Source: Candidatus Marinacidobacterales bacterium (GTDB taxonomy: Bacteria; Acidobacteriota; Vicinamibacteria; Marinacidobacterales; SMYC01). From it: 64,000 nt of DNA. Below, piece after piece: positions 49,762 to 60,714 of this stretch (the stretch's first letter is position 1; every line of letters starts with the position of its first letter). Where the stretch lies: the NCBI GenBank assembly GCA_965237955.1, contig OZ250169.1:7648001-7712000 (forward strand), given 5' to 3'. The notes under the pieces were generated by a model, which ran no database searches, was not told the origin of the DNA, and saw only the letters and a program-made list of their open reading frames with translations. Made by a program: the position numbers and the translations under genes.

Positions 49762-49778
49762 GATGGCCGATGGCGGAT

Positions 49779-51062
49779 CTAGCTAACGTAGCCTACCGGC
49801 GACACGCTGTGGCCCGGCAAGATCGTTGACAGATCCGAAACGCCCAGGTGATCGATCAACGCCTCGCCCATCACGTCGCGGAAATCCACACTGTGGTTCA
49901 AGTAACGACCGCGCACGGACTGGAGCCCCTCGATCTTGCCGGGGTACGAATCTTCGGCGTTGCCACCCATGTGCGGGTAAATCTGCCCGCCGTTGACCGG
50001 CCCGCCCATCGCGAACCACGTCGTCGCGTGCGCGTGATCGGTGCCCCGACTCCCGTTCTCGATGGATGTCCTGCCGAACTCGGTCATCGTCAGCACCATG
50101 ACACGATCCCTGATGGCATCGATGTCCGTTTGGAACGCCCGGAGCGTATCGGCGAAGCCGGTCAGGCGTGATGCCATACGACCCACCACTGTTCCTTCAT
50201 CCGAGTGAGTGTCCAAACCTCCGATTCCGAGGGAGACCACCTCCAGGCCCACGTCGGCTTTGATGAGCTGCGCCGTTTGTCTCATCTGACGGCCGAATGT
50301 GGACCCGGAATAGGTGGCTCCGGGGGCCGGGGTGTAGGGCGCGGTGATGATGGGCGACAACGTGCTCACATCGTTCACCATGACCCGGCCGGTCTCGATC
50401 ACGAGCTCTCGGGTGAGGCGGGTGGGATCAGCGCCCTGACCATAGGCCGCCGTGAGATCCGCGAGGAGATCCGCCTCTTCCGCGGGAGAGAGGTTGAGAG
50501 AAAAGTTCCCGATGTCGTTGAACGACGACACGACCACGTTGCCCTTCAACGCGTGCGGAAGACCCGACCCAAAACCCGCGGCGCGCAACTGCGCCGCCCG
50601 TGGGTTCTCGTCGAGGTATCGGTTGAGCCAGCCATCGGTGTCATCCGAGTCCTCGCCGCTCTCGATATTCCGCTGTCCCGAGAAGTGGGATCGTGTCGCG
50701 TTCGGGTAGTGGCACGCGGGGAAGACCGCGAGGTTCCCTTCGTCGTAGACGCTCTTGATGGGCCCGAGAGCCGGGTGCAGCCCGAAGAAGCCATCGAGGT
50801 CGATGGCGCTCGTCGGGTCTGTCGTGTCCGGCCTCGGAATCGCGATGTTGGGACGGATGTCATAGTACTCCTGGAGCCCGTGGGGCACGCACTCGTTGAG
50901 CCCGTCCGCCCCACCGCGTTGAAAGACGATGACGAGGGTGTTCACTCCCGCCTGCGCATGGGCGAAGCGCATGCGCGGACGGAAAGGGTCGCCGTAAAAC
51001 GTGGCGGCAAACGTTCCCGCGCCGGCCGCCATGAGGTTTCTCATGAACTCTCTGCGTTTCAT
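49779..51062 (-). CDS. DUF1501 domain protein with Tat signal
   Basis: KRREFM; FQRGGADGLN, GLHP, RSHF, DTH, TEFGR..ENGSRGTDH. Confidence 0.9.
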   Translation of the reverse strand: MKRREFMRNLMAAGAGTFAATFYGDPFRPRMRFAHAQAGVNTLVIVFQRGGADGLNECVPHGLQEYYDIRPNIAIPRPDTTDPTSAIDLDGFFGLHPALGPIKSVYDEGNLAVFPACHYPNATRSHFSGQRNIESGEDSDDTDGWLNRYLDENPRAAQLRAAGFGSGLPHALKGNVVVSSFNDIGNFSLNLSPAEEADLLADLTAAYGQGADPTRLTRELVIETGRVMVNDVSTLSPIITAPYTPAPGATYSGSTFGRQMRQTAQLIKADVGLEVVSLGIGGLDTHSDEGTVVGRMASRLTGFADTLRAFQTDIDAIRDRVMVLTMTEFGRTSIENGSRGTDHAHATTWFAMGGPVNGGQIYPHMGGNAEDSYPGKIEGLQSVRGRYLNHSVDFRDVMGEALIDHLGVSDLSTILPGHSVSPVGYVS

Positions 51063-51077
51063 GTCTTTTCTCCCAAA

Positions 51078-54000
51078 CTACTGGTGTTGAAAACCAGGAA
51101 AAATCAAGACCGTTGCCACGAGTTGGCGGAGACGCGCTTCCGCGTCCGCGCCGTTGATGTCGAACTGCGACGTACCCCTCGCGCTCAAGATGTCGTAGGC
51201 GATCGAGAGCTCGAACGCCGTGAACTCGTTCTGAAGAGCGATCTCGAAAAGGTAGCCGGCGATCCCTTCCGCCGTCTCGAAGCCTTTGTCCTGGAAGTAC
51301 GCTCGGATGTCGAAGTAGGTGTCCGAAGCTCCGTCTTCGCGCGCGACCTCGTTCACGAAGTTGACGCGCGCGAGCAGAAGGCTGGTATCGATCCAGTCGT
51401 CCGCGGTCTCGGAGAAACCATCGGGCGCCCGGTGGCCGAAGAGCTCCATGTCGAGGTCGCTGTCCAGATCCCTTTCGAGGTCGTGACGGTCTTCGACGGT
51501 CGCATCGAGATGGCGTACGGTGCCCGCCAAAAGCTCGAGAGGAGTCTTGACCTTCGCGTGGAAGTTCAACGGGTCGACGAAATCGGGAGCATCGAGGAGA
51601 AACTGCACGACGTCGCGTATCTGGTTGGGGTTGCCGCTCGAGTGCTCGGCCTGGAACACGTCGGCGCAGCCGTTGACGAGGGAAGCAACCGGACTCTCGG
51701 TGATGAAGAGCTTGATCAGCTTTGTGCAGACGAACTCCGCCGTCGACCGATGCTCCGAGAGCATGTCGAGCACGACTTCGCCTTCCACCAGGCCCGATCC
51801 AGCAGGCGTCGGGAAGGTGATACCGAGGAATGTCTTGGCGCCGGTGTCATGGTCGCTCGCGACGAACGCGAAGTTACCGCCGACCTCTTTCCATCCCGTC
51901 AGAATGCGGGCCAACTCCTCGACTTCGAACTGCGTGTAGCCTCCGTCGACGCCCATGGTGGAGAGCTCGAGAATCTCCCTCGCGTAGTTTTCATTGGGCT
52001 CGACGACTGAGTTGTTGGTGAGGTCGAGGTAGATGAGCATCGCCGGGCTCTTCGCACTGATCTCGAGCAAATCGCGGAACCGACCGAGCGCATTCGCACG
52101 GAAGTTGTTGTTTTCCCTCAGCTCGAACTCGGGCACGTCGTGGGAACCCATGTAGGTGCTGAAGTGGTTGTCCCAGAACTGCGTCATCACTTCCTGGAGC
52201 GCGTTCGGGTTGAAGATCGCATGCATCAACGCGTACTCGCGCACTTCATCGTCGGTCGTCGTCGGGAGCCACGCGACGAAGGCATCGAACGCGGGATCGG
52301 GAACCGGGTCCAGCAAGCGATCTTGAAACGCGGTCACACCACTCGACTTGACCTCGTCGAGAAGAGCAGGGGTCGCGCCGAACGTCGCACGGGAGAGAAG
52401 CATCGCTTCCTTGAGATCGAACGCGACGAGGGTGAAGTTGAACGCCAGCGTCGACGTGGCTCCGACACCGTCCGTCCCCACGAGCGTCAAAACCGCTGTA
52501 CCCGGCGACAGCTGCCCCGGTGGCAAGAACACGCTCCACGCGTTGTTGAGCGAGATTTCGACAGGTCTCGCAGCCATGAGCGTGACGCCGTCGATGGCGA
52601 GCTCGGCGGTGAGACTCACCGTTGCCGAGTCCACCGTACCGGAGATGACCTGACCGCCGTCGGCGAGGGTTTCGCCGTCAGTATGAGACGTGACCCGTAG
52701 GGTTGAGGGTGTCGCCGCGACCGTGAAAACGAGCACGTCGCTCGTCGTCATCATCGCGGCCGCGTTCTCAGTGGTGACGGTAAAGTGGTAGCGTCCATCT
52801 TCGAGGTCGAGGCTCGGGGTAGGCGTCACCATGCACCCGGTGGCGTCGCAGGTGAGATCGGCTAACGCGTAGCGCACGTTGTGGCGCTCGGCGGCGGTAT
52901 CGTCGTTGACGACGAGCGTGTAGGCGACGGCTTCGGTGACGACCGTCCACGAGAACACCGGATTGCGTTCGGTGATCGAGCCCACGGGAGACAACGGCGT
53001 CGTCGCCGGCGGTGTTGCGCTGGTGTCGACGGTGAACTCGCCTCGGCCCGGCTCTCCGCTGACGTCGCCTTTCTTCGCGGTCACGAAGCATGTGTAGTTG
53101 CCGTCCGCGAGAACGTCGGGCGGCGTCGCTCGGCACTCGGCGGCGCAGACGTCACTCCCATATTCGTACGTGTACACGACCGGGTCGAACGCGTCTTTGA
53201 CCATGAGCACGTACGACGTCGCCATCGGCACTGGCCGCCATGCGAACGTGGGCGTGGCGGTGGTGACCGTACCCGTCGGGCCGATGAGCGCGGGCATTCC
53301 CGGCGGTGTTGCGCCACCGACCATCACTTTGAAGTTCTTGGCCGCACTCGGGGGTGAGGAGCCGGCGGCGTTGATGGCCTCGACGAAGAACGAGTAGTCC
53401 CCGTTCTCGAGGATCTCCATCGGAGTGACCATGCAACCGTCCGTCGGGGTGCAAGACGCGAAATCGCTCGAGTAGGTGTGGCTGTAGAGCACAGGGTCGA
53501 AGGCATCTTTGACGGTGAGCTTGTACATCGTCGCTTCCGAGACGTGCGTCCATTGGAACGTGGGCGTCTTCGCATCGATGGCGCCGTCGGGTGCTATGAG
53601 CTCAGGTGTTTGTGGCGGAGAACCGCCGCCGGCTTACGCTTCGAAGATCATCCAGTCGCCGGGGCTGCTCGATCGCCGGACGTTGCTGCGGGCGAGGACG
53701 CTCCACTTGTACGTCCCTTCGGGGAGATTGATTCCCAATTCCGCTGAGCACATCGCCTGGTCGCAGATGGACGCGGCCTCGAAGCGTGTCGTCGCGACGC
53801 GGACTCGGTCTTGTCGCAGCCTGAGCACGTAATGGGTTGCATCGGCTACCGGGTACCACTGGAACGTTGGTGCGGTGCCCGTCATGCCCTCGGGCGCGAT
53901 CGCCACGGGCTTGTCGAGGAAGTCACCGACGAGAAACCGCATCGAGCGGCTGGGGCGGCCCGGGCCGGCGACGTTTCTACCGCTGACCTTGAAGCGGTAG

Positions 54001-54887
54001 CGTCCGTGTTCGAGGACGAGGCCAGACGGGGCGACGGCGCAGGTGATGTCAGGGCAAAGCGTCGCGTCCGCGGTGTACCACTGAGCGTGTAGTTCAACGC
54101 CGCGACGTCGGATTTCCAAGTAGTACTTGGTGGCTCGCGCGGTCGTATTCCAAACGAACAACGGTGACGTTTCGGAGTTGCGACCGTTCGGCGAAACCAG
54201 TGTGGGTCGTTCGGGAGGCCTCGGCAATGTCCGCACGTCGAAGCGCATCCGATGCGAGCGCGGCCCGGGGCCAACGATTCCCGAAGCGCGCACCGTCCAC
54301 GCGTATCTCCCGTCGGCAAGGTTCAAGTTCGTGAGTGCCGGCGGCGCGGTGCATAGACCCTCCTGGCACACCGAAGCGCCGGAGTAGACCTGACGGAAGA
54401 ACGTCCGGGGACGACCGCCCTGAACCACCAGCTCGTAGTCCATACCGTCGCCCGCCGCCTGCCACGTGAGCGTTGGTGTCGTCGTGTCGAGCTCGCCCGA
54501 TGGTGCCACGAGCTCCACCCTCCCCGGTCTCAAACCGTCGGGTGAGACGGTAAAGCGCCGGGGACTCGACCACCGATCGAGGCTTCCGGGAATCCGCGAC
54601 AGGACGAGCCAGAGATACGGCCCCGGCGCGAGCGGCTCTGTCGCGGCAAACGAGCACGCGCCGTCGACGCAGCCGTCGGCCGGCGCTATCGACTCGGCGA
54701 TCTGCGGCCCGCCTCTACCGACGACCCATAGGTCGTATTGGGTGGCGGTGTCGACCGCGCGCCAAGTGAACGTGGGCGACGTTTCCGCAATGGTCCCTTT
54801 CGGTTTCGTTAGTCTTGCCGTTCGTCCGGCTGCTTCTAGCATTCCGGGCACGGCAAGAAGGACGAGGAACATCCATCTCGCACGCAT
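51078..54887 (-). pseudogene. Large secreted DUF1800 protein with 7 N-terminal Cys-pair Ig/FN3-like repeats, split by an in-frame TAA at 53634-53636
   Basis: ORFs 53634-54887 and 51078-53528 are in the same frame and the repeat continues across the stop; DUF1800 motifs FWDNHF, SPAMLIYLD, PNENYAREILEL.TMG, KVKTP. Confidence 0.8.
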
Positions 54888-55100
54888 GGAAAACCTCCAA
54901 GTAGCTCAGGAACCAAACGGCGCGTTGGTTCATGGCTGGGTGGATTGAGTCTCAGTCATCGTGAGCGCACGACGATAGCCTAACGACGCCCGTACTTCAG
55001 TGACCGGGTGAGTGTGTTTATTCCAACAAGAGGTGCGGGAAAACCCCTACGCACGATCGCACAAATGGTTGAAAACGCAGATGTTTACAGGGGCAGTTTG

Positions 55101-56510
55101 CTACCGCACGAAATGCTTCTCGATAACGTGCGTGACGCAACAGGTAAGTTTCTTCGCGTAGTCGATGTGAAGAAACTCGTTCGGACCGTGGGCGTTGCTT
55201 TGCGGACCGAGGACGCCGGTGACCACGAACTGGGCTTGGGGAAATTTTTCGCCGAGCATTCCCATGAACGGGATCGACCCACCCTCACCCATGTGGAGCG
55301 CCGGTTTCCCGTAGAACGCGTGCGACGCTTCATCAAGGGCCTTACCGAGCCAGGGCGCAAGCTCGGGCGCGCTCCACCCCGGGGCCGGCTCGTGGAAATC
55401 GAGCGTTACTTTCGCGCCGTAGGGCGGATCCTTGGTCAGAAGCTCTTCGAGCACACTTCTCGCCCGGTTTGGATCGAGCGTCGGCGGGATGCGAAGTGAA
55501 AGGTTCAACGTCGTGTACGGCCGCAACACGTTGCCGGCGTCTTTCAAAGCCGGCATCCCTTCCTGACCCGTCACCGCGAGAGCCGGTCGCCACGTGCGGT
55601 TGAGAATGAGCTCGGTGGAATCATCGCCCACCGCGCGCATGTTGCCGCACCACGGAAACTTCGAGACGACCTCGTCGCTCAAAACTTCGGCGACCTTGCC
55701 GGCTTGGGCGCGTCTTTGCTCGGGGATGTCCACGCTGAGCGCGTCCGGAAGAATCTTCCCCGACGTCTCGTCTTCGAGCCGAGAGATGAGTTGGCGGAGG
55801 ATGCGAAACGACGAGGCCACGATCCCGCTGGCGTCGCCCGAATGAACCCCTTCGTCGAGAACGTCCACTCTGAGGGTCGCGCCTATTAGACCGCGCAGAG
55901 AGGTTGTCGACCAGAGCTGTTCGTAGTTCCCGGCCCCCGAGTCGAGACAGACGATAAGGCTCGGCGTGCCGATTTCTTTTGCGAAGTGCTCGACGTAGGC
56001 CGGGAGATCCGGCGAGCCGCTTTCTTCGGAGAACTCGATGAGGATCACGATGCGCGCGTGATCGATGCCTTGCTCCCGCAGAGCCAATAGCGAGCAAATC
56101 GACGCGAAGACCGCGTAACCATCGTCGGCGCCACCGCGTCCGTAGAGTTTGTCGCCGTCGCGCACGGGCTTCCACGGTCCGAGGCCGTCGCGCCAGCCTG
56201 TCATCTCCGGCTGCTTGTCGAGGTGGCCGTACATCAAAATGGTGTCGTCCGATTTGCCGGGGACATCCAAGAGCAGAAGCGGCGTGCGGTTTTTGAGGCG
56301 TCCGACGTGGAGTGTGGTTCCGTCGGACTTGTGGTCGTCGAGCCAGCTGTGGACGAGCTCGAGCGCTCGCTCGACGTGGCCGTTCTCCTGCCAGTTCGGA
56401 TCGAACATGGACGAGACGTTGGGGATGCGGATGTAGTCCGTGATTGTGGGAACGATCTTCTCTTCCCAGAACGCATCGACGAATTGCTTGGTTTGATCTT
56501 GATCTGCCAT
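55101..56510 (-). CDS. M20 family metallopeptidase
   Basis: YGHLDKQP, LYGRGGADDG, EESGS, HSG, GEGGSIPF, NAHGPNE. Confidence 0.92.
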   Translation of the reverse strand: MADQDQTKQFVDAFWEEKIVPTITDYIRIPNVSSMFDPNWQENGHVERALELVHSWLDDHKSDGTTLHVGRLKNRTPLLLLDVPGKSDDTILMYGHLDKQPEMTGWRDGLGPWKPVRDGDKLYGRGGADDGYAVFASICSLLALREQGIDHARIVILIEFSEESGSPDLPAYVEHFAKEIGTPSLIVCLDSGAGNYEQLWSTTSLRGLIGATLRVDVLDEGVHSGDASGIVASSFRILRQLISRLEDETSGKILPDALSVDIPEQRRAQAGKVAEVLSDEVVSKFPWCGNMRAVGDDSTELILNRTWRPALAVTGQEGMPALKDAGNVLRPYTTLNLSLRIPPTLDPNRARSVLEELLTKDPPYGAKVTLDFHEPAPGWSAPELAPWLGKALDEASHAFYGKPALHMGEGGSIPFMGMLGEKFPQAQFVVTGVLGPQSNAHGPNEFLHIDYAKKLTCCVTHVIEKHFVR

Positions 56511-56532
56511 CGCGTCGTTTCTCCAGCTGGAA

Positions 56533-57921
56533 TTAGATATCGGGATGCCTCGAGTGCCATTCGGTTGCTTGCTCGTATGCGTGGGCCGTTCTCAACAAAC
56601 GCGCCTCGTCGAAGGCACGTCCGGCGAGCTGAAAACCAATGGGTGCGTCCTCGCCGTCGAAGCCCGCAGGAGTCGAGATCGCGGGAAGCCCGAGAAGATC
56701 GTACGGCATGGTGAAGCGGAGCACGTCCATCGAGTCGAGTTGCCTTCCGGAAACCATCGGCAGTCCTCGGTGCGAGCGGCGCACGATCGGGTACGTGGGC
56801 GAGGCGAGAAGATCGACCGTCTTCATCGCTTCGGCGGCGCGTACTTGGAAGACGCGGCGCGCGCGTTGTGCTTTCAGATAATCGGCGGCCGGGATCAGAA
56901 GCGCACCGCGCGCGCCTCCGCCATATTCCTCCGGCCTCTCCCGCATCCATGGTTCGTGAGCGGCGCCCCATTCGCACAAGAAGATGAGGTACATCACCTC
57001 GGACATCTCCTCCGGGCTCGGCAAGCTGACGTCGACGACCGCAATCTGAAGCTCCGTGAGCGTCGCGAGCGCCTGCTCGAACGCGCGCGCCACCGCGGGC
57101 TCCGCGACTCGAAGTAGCGTCTGGTCGACGCCGACCTTCAACTCGGCAACCGGCCGGTCGAGCTCGGCCACGTAGTCGGCCACGTCGTGCCGCGCCGTCG
57201 TCGTGTCGCCGGCGCGATGCCCGGCGAGAACGGTGAGGGCAATGGCGGCGTCTTGCACCGTGCGCGTCAGCGTACCGGCGTGGTCGATCGTGTACGCGCG
57301 CGGGAACATGCCTTCGGTGCTGATACGTCCGTGCGTCGGCTTCAAACCCACGACGTTACACACCGACGCAGGGTTTCTAACCGAGCCGCCGTTGTCCGAT
57401 CCGATGGAAAGCGCCGCGAGCCCGGAAGCGACTTGGGCCGCGGAGCCGCCGCTCGATCCGCTCGGAGAGTATTCGAGGTTCCATGGATTGTTCATGTCCC
57501 CGAAGTCGGGGTTCGTTCCCGACTCGCCTCCGGCGAATTTGTTCAAGTTGGCCTTGCCCATGAGCACACAACCGGCCTCGTCGAGGCGTCGCGTGACCTC
57601 GGCGTCCACCGACGGCGTGTGGTTTCTCAGAAAGCGTGCCCCCGCGGTGGTCGGGATATCGGCGGTCTCGAAAACATCCTTGAGACTGATCGGGATACCG
57701 TGGAGCGGGCTGTCCGCTTTCCCCTGCGCGCGCTCACGATCCCGGCGGCGCGCTTGGTCGAGCGCGCGCTCCGGAAGAAACGTGATGTAGCTGTTGAGCT
57801 CGGGCTCGAGCGCTTCGGGTCTTTCGATCGCGGCGCGGACGAGCTCTTCCGAGGATATCTCGCGTCGCTCGAGAAGAGACGAGAGCTCGTGGAGCGGTGA
57901 CAGTAGGAGCTTGCGCGACAT
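56533..57921 (-). CDS. Amidase-signature family amidase
   Basis: LHGIPISLKD, GSSGGSAA, GSDNGGSVRNPA, GLKPT; no signal peptide. Confidence 0.92.
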   Translation of the reverse strand: MSRKLLLSPLHELSSLLERREISSEELVRAAIERPEALEPELNSYITFLPERALDQARRRDRERAQGKADSPLHGIPISLKDVFETADIPTTAGARFLRNHTPSVDAEVTRRLDEAGCVLMGKANLNKFAGGESGTNPDFGDMNNPWNLEYSPSGSSGGSAAQVASGLAALSIGSDNGGSVRNPASVCNVVGLKPTHGRISTEGMFPRAYTIDHAGTLTRTVQDAAIALTVLAGHRAGDTTTARHDVADYVAELDRPVAELKVGVDQTLLRVAEPAVARAFEQALATLTELQIAVVDVSLPSPEEMSEVMYLIFLCEWGAAHEPWMRERPEEYGGGARGALLIPAADYLKAQRARRVFQVRAAEAMKTVDLLASPTYPIVRRSHRGLPMVSGRQLDSMDVLRFTMPYDLLGLPAISTPAGFDGEDAPIGFQLAGRAFDEARLLRTAHAYEQATEWHSRHPDI

Positions 57922-58178
57922 CAATCGAGCTCGGGATCGAGGCGGATGGCAGGCTCGATGCGCGGGTCGGGAATCGAACGCAGCCATGTCGATAACAGGA
58001 GCGCTCGGACTTGAGCGGGCTCGCCGGGCTGCGGGTCGAGACCGTGGGCGCGCATGAGCTCTTCGACCGCCGCGGGCGAGAGCGCGCCTGTCCGTCCTGT
58101 CCCGCGTGTCTGAGCGGATGCGACGCCGCCCACGCTCGCGACTCCAAACAAAGAGCGCAACACGTCACGGCGTTTCAC
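57921..58178 (-). CDS. Small Tat-signal protein coupled to the amidase
   Basis: GTG KRRDVLRSLFG...ASA; TGATG overlap with the amidase start; C-terminal EPAI. Confidence 0.55.
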   Translation of the reverse strand: MKRRDVLRSLFGVASVGGVASAQTRGTGRTGALSPAAVEELMRAHGLDPQPGEPAQVRALLLSTWLRSIPDPRIEPAIRLDPELD

Positions 58179-58525
58179 GAGATCTGCTCTACTCGAGGCA
58201 GGCGCACGTTGATGGTGCGGGCGACGGCCCAGTCGGCGAGCTTCGGTGAGATCCGTTGCAGCCACGCCAACGTCTTGCCTTTGCCCGTCAGGAAAATCTC
58301 GGCCTTCGGGCGGCGCGCGCACTCGAAGATCACATCGGCGACGACTTCCGCCGCCATCGGGCCCGCGCCCGGACGGCCGCGCTCGACGCCGTAGTCCAGC
58401 ACGTTGTCGGAAAACTCCGTCTTCGTGAACCCCGGACAGACCACGGAGACTTCGACCCCGATTCCGCTCGATGCACCGGTAATGACCACCGAAGGCCGCT
58501 CGGGAAGAAACCAAGGCTTTGCCAT
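58175..58525 (-). pseudogene. SDR oxidoreductase with a large in-frame internal deletion
   Basis: VVITGASSGIG is joined directly to VEVSVVCPGFTKTEF; NNAG and YxxxK are missing. Confidence 0.8.
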
Positions 58526-58643
58526 TTCCCGTAGTCTAGCCGGTCGAACCGCGATCGGCTATCCGTACTACTACTCGTGTGAAAGAGATGAGCTTTTCTT
58601 TTCCAGCGAAGAAGCACTTGGACATTAGTAGTCCAGAGGCTCG

Positions 58644-60107
58644 CTAGCGGTCGAACGATTCGCGTCGGGAGGCGTCCGACAGGGGGATGAGGTACTTCAT
58701 TGGATCCGAGAGGATCTTCTTCCGTGCCGCTTCGAGGGACGTCTCGCCGGCGTAACTGACGGCGGATTGCAAGTGACCTCGAACGCGGTGGAGGACGTCG
58801 ACGACGCTTCCCTTATAGGGCACCTGGATCTGCATGCCTTCGGCGGGGGTGTTCGTCGCGCTCTCGCGATCGGCGCCGCTCTCGCCGTCGTATCGCGATT
58901 GCAACACCGCCTGCGGAGAGGTCATGCCGCGATAGATTTTGCGCTTCTGGTGCGTGGCCGGATCCTCGATGAGGTGTCCAGGCGATTCGTCGGTGCCCGA
59001 AAGCGCACTGCCGAGCATGACCGACGACGCTCCGCACACGAGCGCGAGAAAGATGTCTTTGTCGTCCGCAATACCACCGTCGGCGATGATGGGCACATCG
59101 TCGCCCACCGCGCACCACGCTTCACGGATAGCTTGGAGCTGGGGCACGCCGGCAGCGGTTTCGATCCGGGTGCGACAACCGCGGCCCGGTCCCACGCCGA
59201 CTTTGATGGCATCCACGCCGAGTTCGGTGAGAAAGCGCGCGCCGTCGAACGTGGCGATGTTCCCGCAGATGAGAGGCGTGTCCGGAAACCGGGAGCGGAT
59301 GCCCTCGATGCCTTCGCGCATGACATCGGAATGTCCGTGAGCGATGTCGATGACGAGGACGTCGACTTGAGCGTCCACGAGAGCGGCGGATCGTTCGAGG
59401 AAGTCACCGCGGGCGCCGATGGTTCCTCCGACGAGCAGACGTCCTTTGCGGTCCTTGCTTGAGAACGGTCGGTGGCGGAACAAGAGCAAATCGCGGAGCG
59501 TGATCAGGCCCCGAATGTGTCGTTCGTCGACGACGAGCGGGAGTCGTTCGATGCGCTGCTCGAACATCAGCCGCTCGGCGTCTTCCTCGCTGATCCCGGG
59601 CGGGCTGACGTGCAAACGGTCGAACGGCGTCATGAACTCGTCCACGGGCTCGGAGTCGGCTTCGGCGCGCCGGGGGATGTCTCGGTTGGTGAGGAGACCG
59701 GCGAGGACACCACTCCCCGGTTGTTCTTCGACGAGAAGCGCGGTGATGTGGTGGCGTCTCGCGATCGCTTTCGCCTCACCGATCGTCGTGCCTCGAGGCA
59801 CGCGCCTCGGGCTTTCGATCACCGCGCTATGGCTGCGCTTCACGAAGCGCACCATGTCCGCCTGACGGTCGATGGGGACCGCTCGATGGACGATGCCGAT
59901 GCCGCCTTCGAGCGCCATCGCTTTGGCCATCTCGGCCTCGGTCACGCTGTCCATGTTCGACGAGACCACGGGAAGGCCGAGCGCCAGTGACTCCGTCAGC
60001 TTGCATCCGAGCGAGATTCCGGCGCGCGTCGATACCACGCCTCGCTGTGGCCGGAATAGAAAATCGCTGTAGGTTTTCCCGATGAACCGTTCGTCGAGTT
60101 TGCTCAC
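58644..60107 (-). CDS. guaB: IMP dehydrogenase/GMP reductase family protein with CBS pair (divergent)
   Basis: SSNMDSVTE, GGIGIVHR, IDIAHGHS, KVGVGPG..C.TR, IIADGGI, YRGM.S, VPYKG. Confidence 0.8.
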   Translation of the reverse strand: MSKLDERFIGKTYSDFLFRPQRGVVSTRAGISLGCKLTESLALGLPVVSSNMDSVTEAEMAKAMALEGGIGIVHRAVPIDRQADMVRFVKRSHSAVIESPRRVPRGTTIGEAKAIARRHHITALLVEEQPGSGVLAGLLTNRDIPRRAEADSEPVDEFMTPFDRLHVSPPGISEEDAERLMFEQRIERLPLVVDERHIRGLITLRDLLLFRHRPFSSKDRKGRLLVGGTIGARGDFLERSAALVDAQVDVLVIDIAHGHSDVMREGIEGIRSRFPDTPLICGNIATFDGARFLTELGVDAIKVGVGPGRGCRTRIETAAGVPQLQAIREAWCAVGDDVPIIADGGIADDKDIFLALVCGASSVMLGSALSGTDESPGHLIEDPATHQKRKIYRGMTSPQAVLQSRYDGESGADRESATNTPAEGMQIQVPYKGSVVDVLHRVRGHLQSAVSYAGETSLEAARKKILSDPMKYLIPLSDASRRESFDR

Positions 60108-60148
60108 ATGTTTAGCATCTCAATGAGACGCCCTCGGATCAAGGGAGC

Positions 60149-60583
60149 TCAGGAGCTCTTGATCCGGGGCACGTCGAGGAGCAGCGCGACGACACAGACG
60201 GCGAGGGGAATGTTCGCGGCTACGAGGCCGAGATTCGTTCCCAACACTGGATTGCGCAGCAAGATGATGCCGCAGGTGACGATCGTGCCCGCCAGAATGG
60301 TCCACCACGCCCACACGTCACCGCGGCGATAAGGAACGAGCGCGATGACAAGAAAGAGGAGCCCGTAGCCGGCGCCGAACGCGGCGGCGGTGCCCCGTCG
60401 TGCCCGGAGCATCGTGGCGACGTCGGCACGATCGCCCGCGAGCTTGCTCAGCGGCATGACGTTTCCCATGAGTTCATCTTCGGCGAAGTAAGCGACGCCC
60501 ACCGACGCGAGCGAGCCGAACAGCGTGAGTCCGCCGACGAGCGCCAGAAGGAGCCAGCTAAGCATTTGGAGTTTCGAGCTCAT
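60149..60583 (-). CDS. Hypothetical 4-TM membrane protein
   Basis: Hydrophobic segments; PYRRGDVWAWW. Confidence 0.6.
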   Translation of the reverse strand: MSSKLQMLSWLLLALVGGLTLFGSLASVGVAYFAEDELMGNVMPLSKLAGDRADVATMLRARRGTAAAFGAGYGLLFLVIALVPYRRGDVWAWWTILAGTIVTCGIILLRNPVLGTNLGLVAANIPLAVCVVALLLDVPRIKSS

Positions 60584-60714
60584 GCCTGTCTCCCTGACCA
60601 TTTGACCGCCCAGCCAGTCTGAAGAGTAACTGCCGGCACACTTCCAAAGCAAGTTTGCACGCGCCGTAAAGAATTTACGTCGAGCACACGGTGACGTTCA
60701 ACTAACGATGAGTC

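Noticed and set aside
55033-55050. Imperfect palindrome GTGCGGGAAAACCCCTAC upstream of the DUF1800 gene
   Set aside because: Single occurrence with no identifiable regulator; insufficient support.
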